A DNA stretch of 51,388 nt from Octopus bimaculoides (taxonomy: Eukaryota), in assembly GCF_001194135.2 (NCBI RefSeq), contig NC_068985.1, positions 49,424,121 to 49,475,508 on the forward strand, read 5' to 3'. Numbering within the stretch: the stretch's first letter is position 1; every line of letters begins with the position of its first letter. The notes under the pieces are model-generated. The model saw only the letters and a program-made list of their open reading frames with translations. It was not told the DNA's origin and ran no database searches. Shown here one piece after another: positions 47,547 to 51,388 of the stretch. Position numbers and translations under genes: made by a program.

Positions 47547-48525
47547 TAAGGTCTGATCAATAAGTATCCAGACTGTTGCCATAGTAACAGAGCTAAAGCA
47601 CACAGAGTGAAGCTGCTTGATAGAGATTGAACTTGAACTCTGCTGTGCTTGCGCACTAAGTTTTAACATTCTAGCTCACTTCTGCTATTTACAGTAGTGC
47701 TTGGAAGGAAGGTGTGTAGCGTGTGATTGTCACATTGACCATGACAGAGAAAGTTGTCATGGTGATACCTGCTTGGAGGCCTATGCAAAGTTATAGAAAG
47801 TGTATGGAGAGTAGTGTATGGAGAGTAGTGTATGGAGAGTAGTGTATGGAGAGTAGTGTATGGAGAGTAGTGTATGGAGAGTAGTGTATGGAGAGTAGTG
47901 TATGAGCCACACACAAGTGTACGAGTCGTGCAGACATTTCCAAGATGGCTGAAAAAATGTTGATATTGATGAATATTCTTGGAGACCCACAACCAGCAGA
48001 ACTGAGAAAAACCATCACAGATGTGTGTGCAGCTGTGAGGGGAAATAATTGAATTACCATCCATAACTTATCAGAGGATGTGCAGATTAGTTACGGTTCA
48101 GTTATGTCCTTTATCACTGAAGATTTGGGTATGAGATGTGTGTCTGCCAAGTTTGTGCTGAAATCACTTTCAGCTAACTGAAAACACACTTGGGTTTCAG
48201 TTGCACAAGATCTCTTTGATTGTGTTGAGAATGATTAAACGTTTTGAAAACTTTGTGTAGGCCTCTGAGCAGGTATTGCCAAGCTTTTGGCAAAATTTGA
48301 TGCAGATTCTCTGTTCAACTTTCTCTGTCATGCTCAATGTGACAATCACACACTACACACCTTCCTTCCAAGCACTGCTGTAAACAGTGGAAGTGAGCTA
48401 GAATGTTAAAACTTAGTGTACATTCACAGCAGAGTTTAAGGTCAATTTGTGCCAAGCAGCTTCACTTTGCATGCTTTAGCTTCATTACTATGGCAACAGT
48501 CCGGATACTTATTGATCAGACCATA
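47547..48525. mobile_element. Non-autonomous mariner element made of two inverted 5' ends, TA TSD
   Basis: The ends ggtctgatcaataagtatcc are inverted and flanked by TA. The forward interior translates as decayed mariner transposase (KVYGE..CMSHTQVYE..RHFQDG..RPTTSRT..GSV..ITEDLGMRCVSAKFVLK). The right arm encodes MTEKVEQRICIKFCQKLG on the minus strand. Confidence 0.9.
47801..47904. repeat. 14-bp tandem repeat TGTATGGAGAGTAG x7 plus a partial unit
   Basis: Perfect units start at 47801, 47815, 47829, 47843, 47857, 47871 and 47885. Confidence 0.95.
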
Positions 48526-48994
48526 TATATATATATCCATTATGGTCAATCTTACCAATCAGTTTCACACTAGACGTTCAACAGATTAGTAGCTAACAGC
48601 CTGATTATGTAACCCTGCACTCACTAGAGATGGTAATTATATATAAAGTGTGCATTTGTGTATTAACAAGCTCAGATACACAAATACCTACATATATGTA
48701 TTACACACTGGTTATTTTCCTACATGAATTCAATACATGCAATACTTGCCTAAAGAAAAAATTAATGCAAATAACAAGTTAGATTTTAATATAAATCTTT
48801 CATTTTTATATGAGATACAGCTGTAAAGAGGGTACATACATACTATATGTGGTGTACCCTGCTTATATGACTTTGATTTCTAACATTGCATGCACAAGCT
48901 TAAGTGCCAGAGGTTGTCCTGATACATAAATATATTCAGATATATAACGATAGATATGCATTTATACATATGTATTGACAAATCCCTTAACCCT

Positions 48995-49218
48995 TTGGGT
49001 GTCATTGGGGTGCTGCAGCCCTGCAGCATATCTCGAGGGAGAAAGCCTGTTGGAGCCCATCTGTCTCTAGAGCTGAACTCATTTCTACAGCTGAGTGGAC
49101 TGGAGCAATGTGAAATGAAGTGGTCTGCTCAATAACACAACGGATCGCCCAGTCCAGGAATTGAGTCCACAACCTTACGATCATGAGTCAATACCCTAAC
49201 CACTAAGCCATGCACCTC
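48995..49218 (-). mobile_element. tRNA-derived SINE with E-type head and another tail
   Basis: 49075-49218 shares head and central domain with 29350-29505; 48995-49075 differs. Confidence 0.75.
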
Positions 49219-49789
49219 CACTACACATATGTATGCATTACCATTTCTACACATGTTTTGGAAGAGGCACACAGTATCCTGTGTCATAAAAGAATTCACA
49301 ACTTGGTAACAAGGTTGTGAAGGAAAGCATCTTGTTTTGTTCATTATCCTTTAAATCTGATGGTCTTGTAACTTTTCATAGTCTTGGATATCATGATCAT
49401 TTGTAGTGTCTGAATTAAGGATTTGTTTTTACTCCTCAAGAACCCAAGTTCAGTTATACTTTGCTCCAGCTGGGTTGGTATGTGATCCCATTGTCCAATA
49501 ATAATAGGTATAAAACTGAAAGTGTATCTTGGGTACTGGATTTGAGAAACTCCTTATCAATGGTGCATAGATGTCCTCTTTCTCTTGTACTTTTCTAATC
49601 TTATTCATGTCCAGAGGACAACTGATTTCCATAACAGTATGAACACGTATGAATGCATGTATGTACATATGCATGCATGTATGTAATTGCATTCAGATAT
49701 ATAGATACAAAAAACATAACTTAAATGTACTCAGACATAGATACACACATGCACATCTGCACAAGAAAACCAATATCAACAAACTAACA

Positions 49790-49829
<40 letters not shown>

Positions 49830-50789
49830 GCAGCAACCAGTTCCATGAACCACAATTACACACATCTCAAGACTGAAATATCCAAGGACATATACACATA
49901 TATAAGCACAAAGGAATTATTGCCAGCATGCATAACAAACTGACTCATAATTAAGTATGGCTGAGTATTTACCATAATTATTATTTCCATGACCATCACC
50001 ACCACCACCACCATCCACCATCATCACCATTAGCTACTGATGGCTATTTTTCCTTCCTTTGTCTATTTCTTTATTAACGCATGCTTACATTGACTGGGAA
50101 GGTCGAAAATAGAAGTAATTCCACTTTGACCCATTTTCCCTCTTTATTATGGTTTGGTTCCCTCTATTGGTCTGTATATTTGATTTTTTTAAATGATTCT
50201 TCTTTTCCTTCTTTTCGTTCTTTGTTTGGCAAAAGGCGCTGACTGAGACATCAGAGATGGTGAAACCATATGATATGACACATTGTGAGGGAAGAAGTGT
50301 TTATAAATAGTGGCAAGGAACAGAAGGATGGAGAAACAGATAAATTCAATTAAAATGTGAATTTAATTACCGAGTAACACATATGTTGGTTAACTTACAC
50401 ATGAATACACATGCGCACACACACACGCGCAAACATACACACACAACACATATACAAAACAGTGACATTAGCCTATATGCAGGAGAACCAAAACTGTGCG
50501 TGTGCATATATGTATATGTGTATATATGTGTGTATGTGTGTATACATATATATATGTATATGTATGTGTGCATCTTCATGTATATGTATATATGTGCGTG
50601 TGTATGCGTGTATATGTATATATAGGTGTGTGTCTGTGTGTGTATATATTATTAAATCATACATGTATATTGTTTTAAATTTTATAAATATATATTAAAT
50701 TTTATATATATGTATATCATTTAATTTTATATATGCATATAACTAAATTTCATATATATATATATATGATTAAATTTTAGTTTTTATAT

Positions 50790-50818
50790 ATCTATTTATC
50801 TATATATATATATATATA

Positions 50819-50905
<87 letters not shown>
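50790..50905. repeat. Long (TA)n microsatellite
   Basis: Directly visible. Confidence 0.95.
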
Positions 50906-50906
<1 letters not shown>

Positions 50907-50964
50907 TATATGCATACATATATGTACATACATACATACATATATATGTATATATATATGCATA

Positions 50965-51276
50965 TATGGGTACAAAATGTAAACAACATGGTGCTGTTTT
51001 TGTTACCAACTCTGATCCTCGGCAAATACCAAACTTTATTTTGAAGCCTCATATTGTCATTAAATGCTCAAAATGAGGAGTAGATGGACACCCGACAAAT
51101 GATGAAGGGTCATTCTTTATGTTACTTGTCTTGTTTACCATTTATTTCTCTCATTGTTTGCATACCCAAGTTTGTTTTCATATTTCATGTTGTTTATGTT
51201 TTGTGACGTCCTGTACCTATATATGCATATATATATACATATATATGTATGTATGTACATATATGAATGTATATAT

Positions 51277-51317
<41 letters not shown>

Positions 51318-51388
51318 TATAATTTATTTATATATTACTATATGATTGAACGCTATGCGACCATTTCCAAGTAAGTTCATCTTATAGA
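50965..51388 (+). repeat. Unclassified interspersed repeat, copy 2 (homolog of 12865-13285), cut by the window end
   Basis: Same five colinear blocks as copy 1. Confidence 0.65.

Noticed and set aside
50225-50270. Hammerhead-like ctga...catc/gatg...gaaac
   Set aside because: The core is not CUGANGA and stems I and III cannot be formed. The aatgatgaagggtc at about 51098 also lacks a paired GAAA.

Overview
This is AT-rich, microsatellite-saturated eukaryotic DNA with 7 assembly gaps. No prokaryotic features (operons, CRISPR, rRNA, true tRNA genes) are visible. The SINE repertoire and repeat density point to an octopod cephalopod (Octopus-like); this is pattern recognition, not a database result. 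The window reads as the intron-rich part of one minus-strand gene. One well-supported 971-nt coding exon (4667->3697) encodes a Ser/Pro-rich disordered segment. A plausible 25-nt first coding exon ends at 20850 and is phase-compatible with it. Most of the rest is transposon debris: at least five tRNA-derived SINE groups, RTE-type 3' tails, LINE fragments (L1/Tx1, R4/Dong, RTE, Penelope-like, possible CR1), hAT and piggyBac-like MITEs, and a mariner-derived element built from two inverted 5' ends. Nearly all ORFs in the supplied track are microsatellite or SINE artefacts. I found no new multi-gene system. The most interesting signals are the mariner fold-back element, an R4/Dong insertion in the (TAA)n tail of a Tx1 element, nested insertions, modular SINE tails and the reconstructed host-gene N-terminus. 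Repeat boundaries are approximate (about +/-10-20 nt) unless TIRs/TSDs are given.
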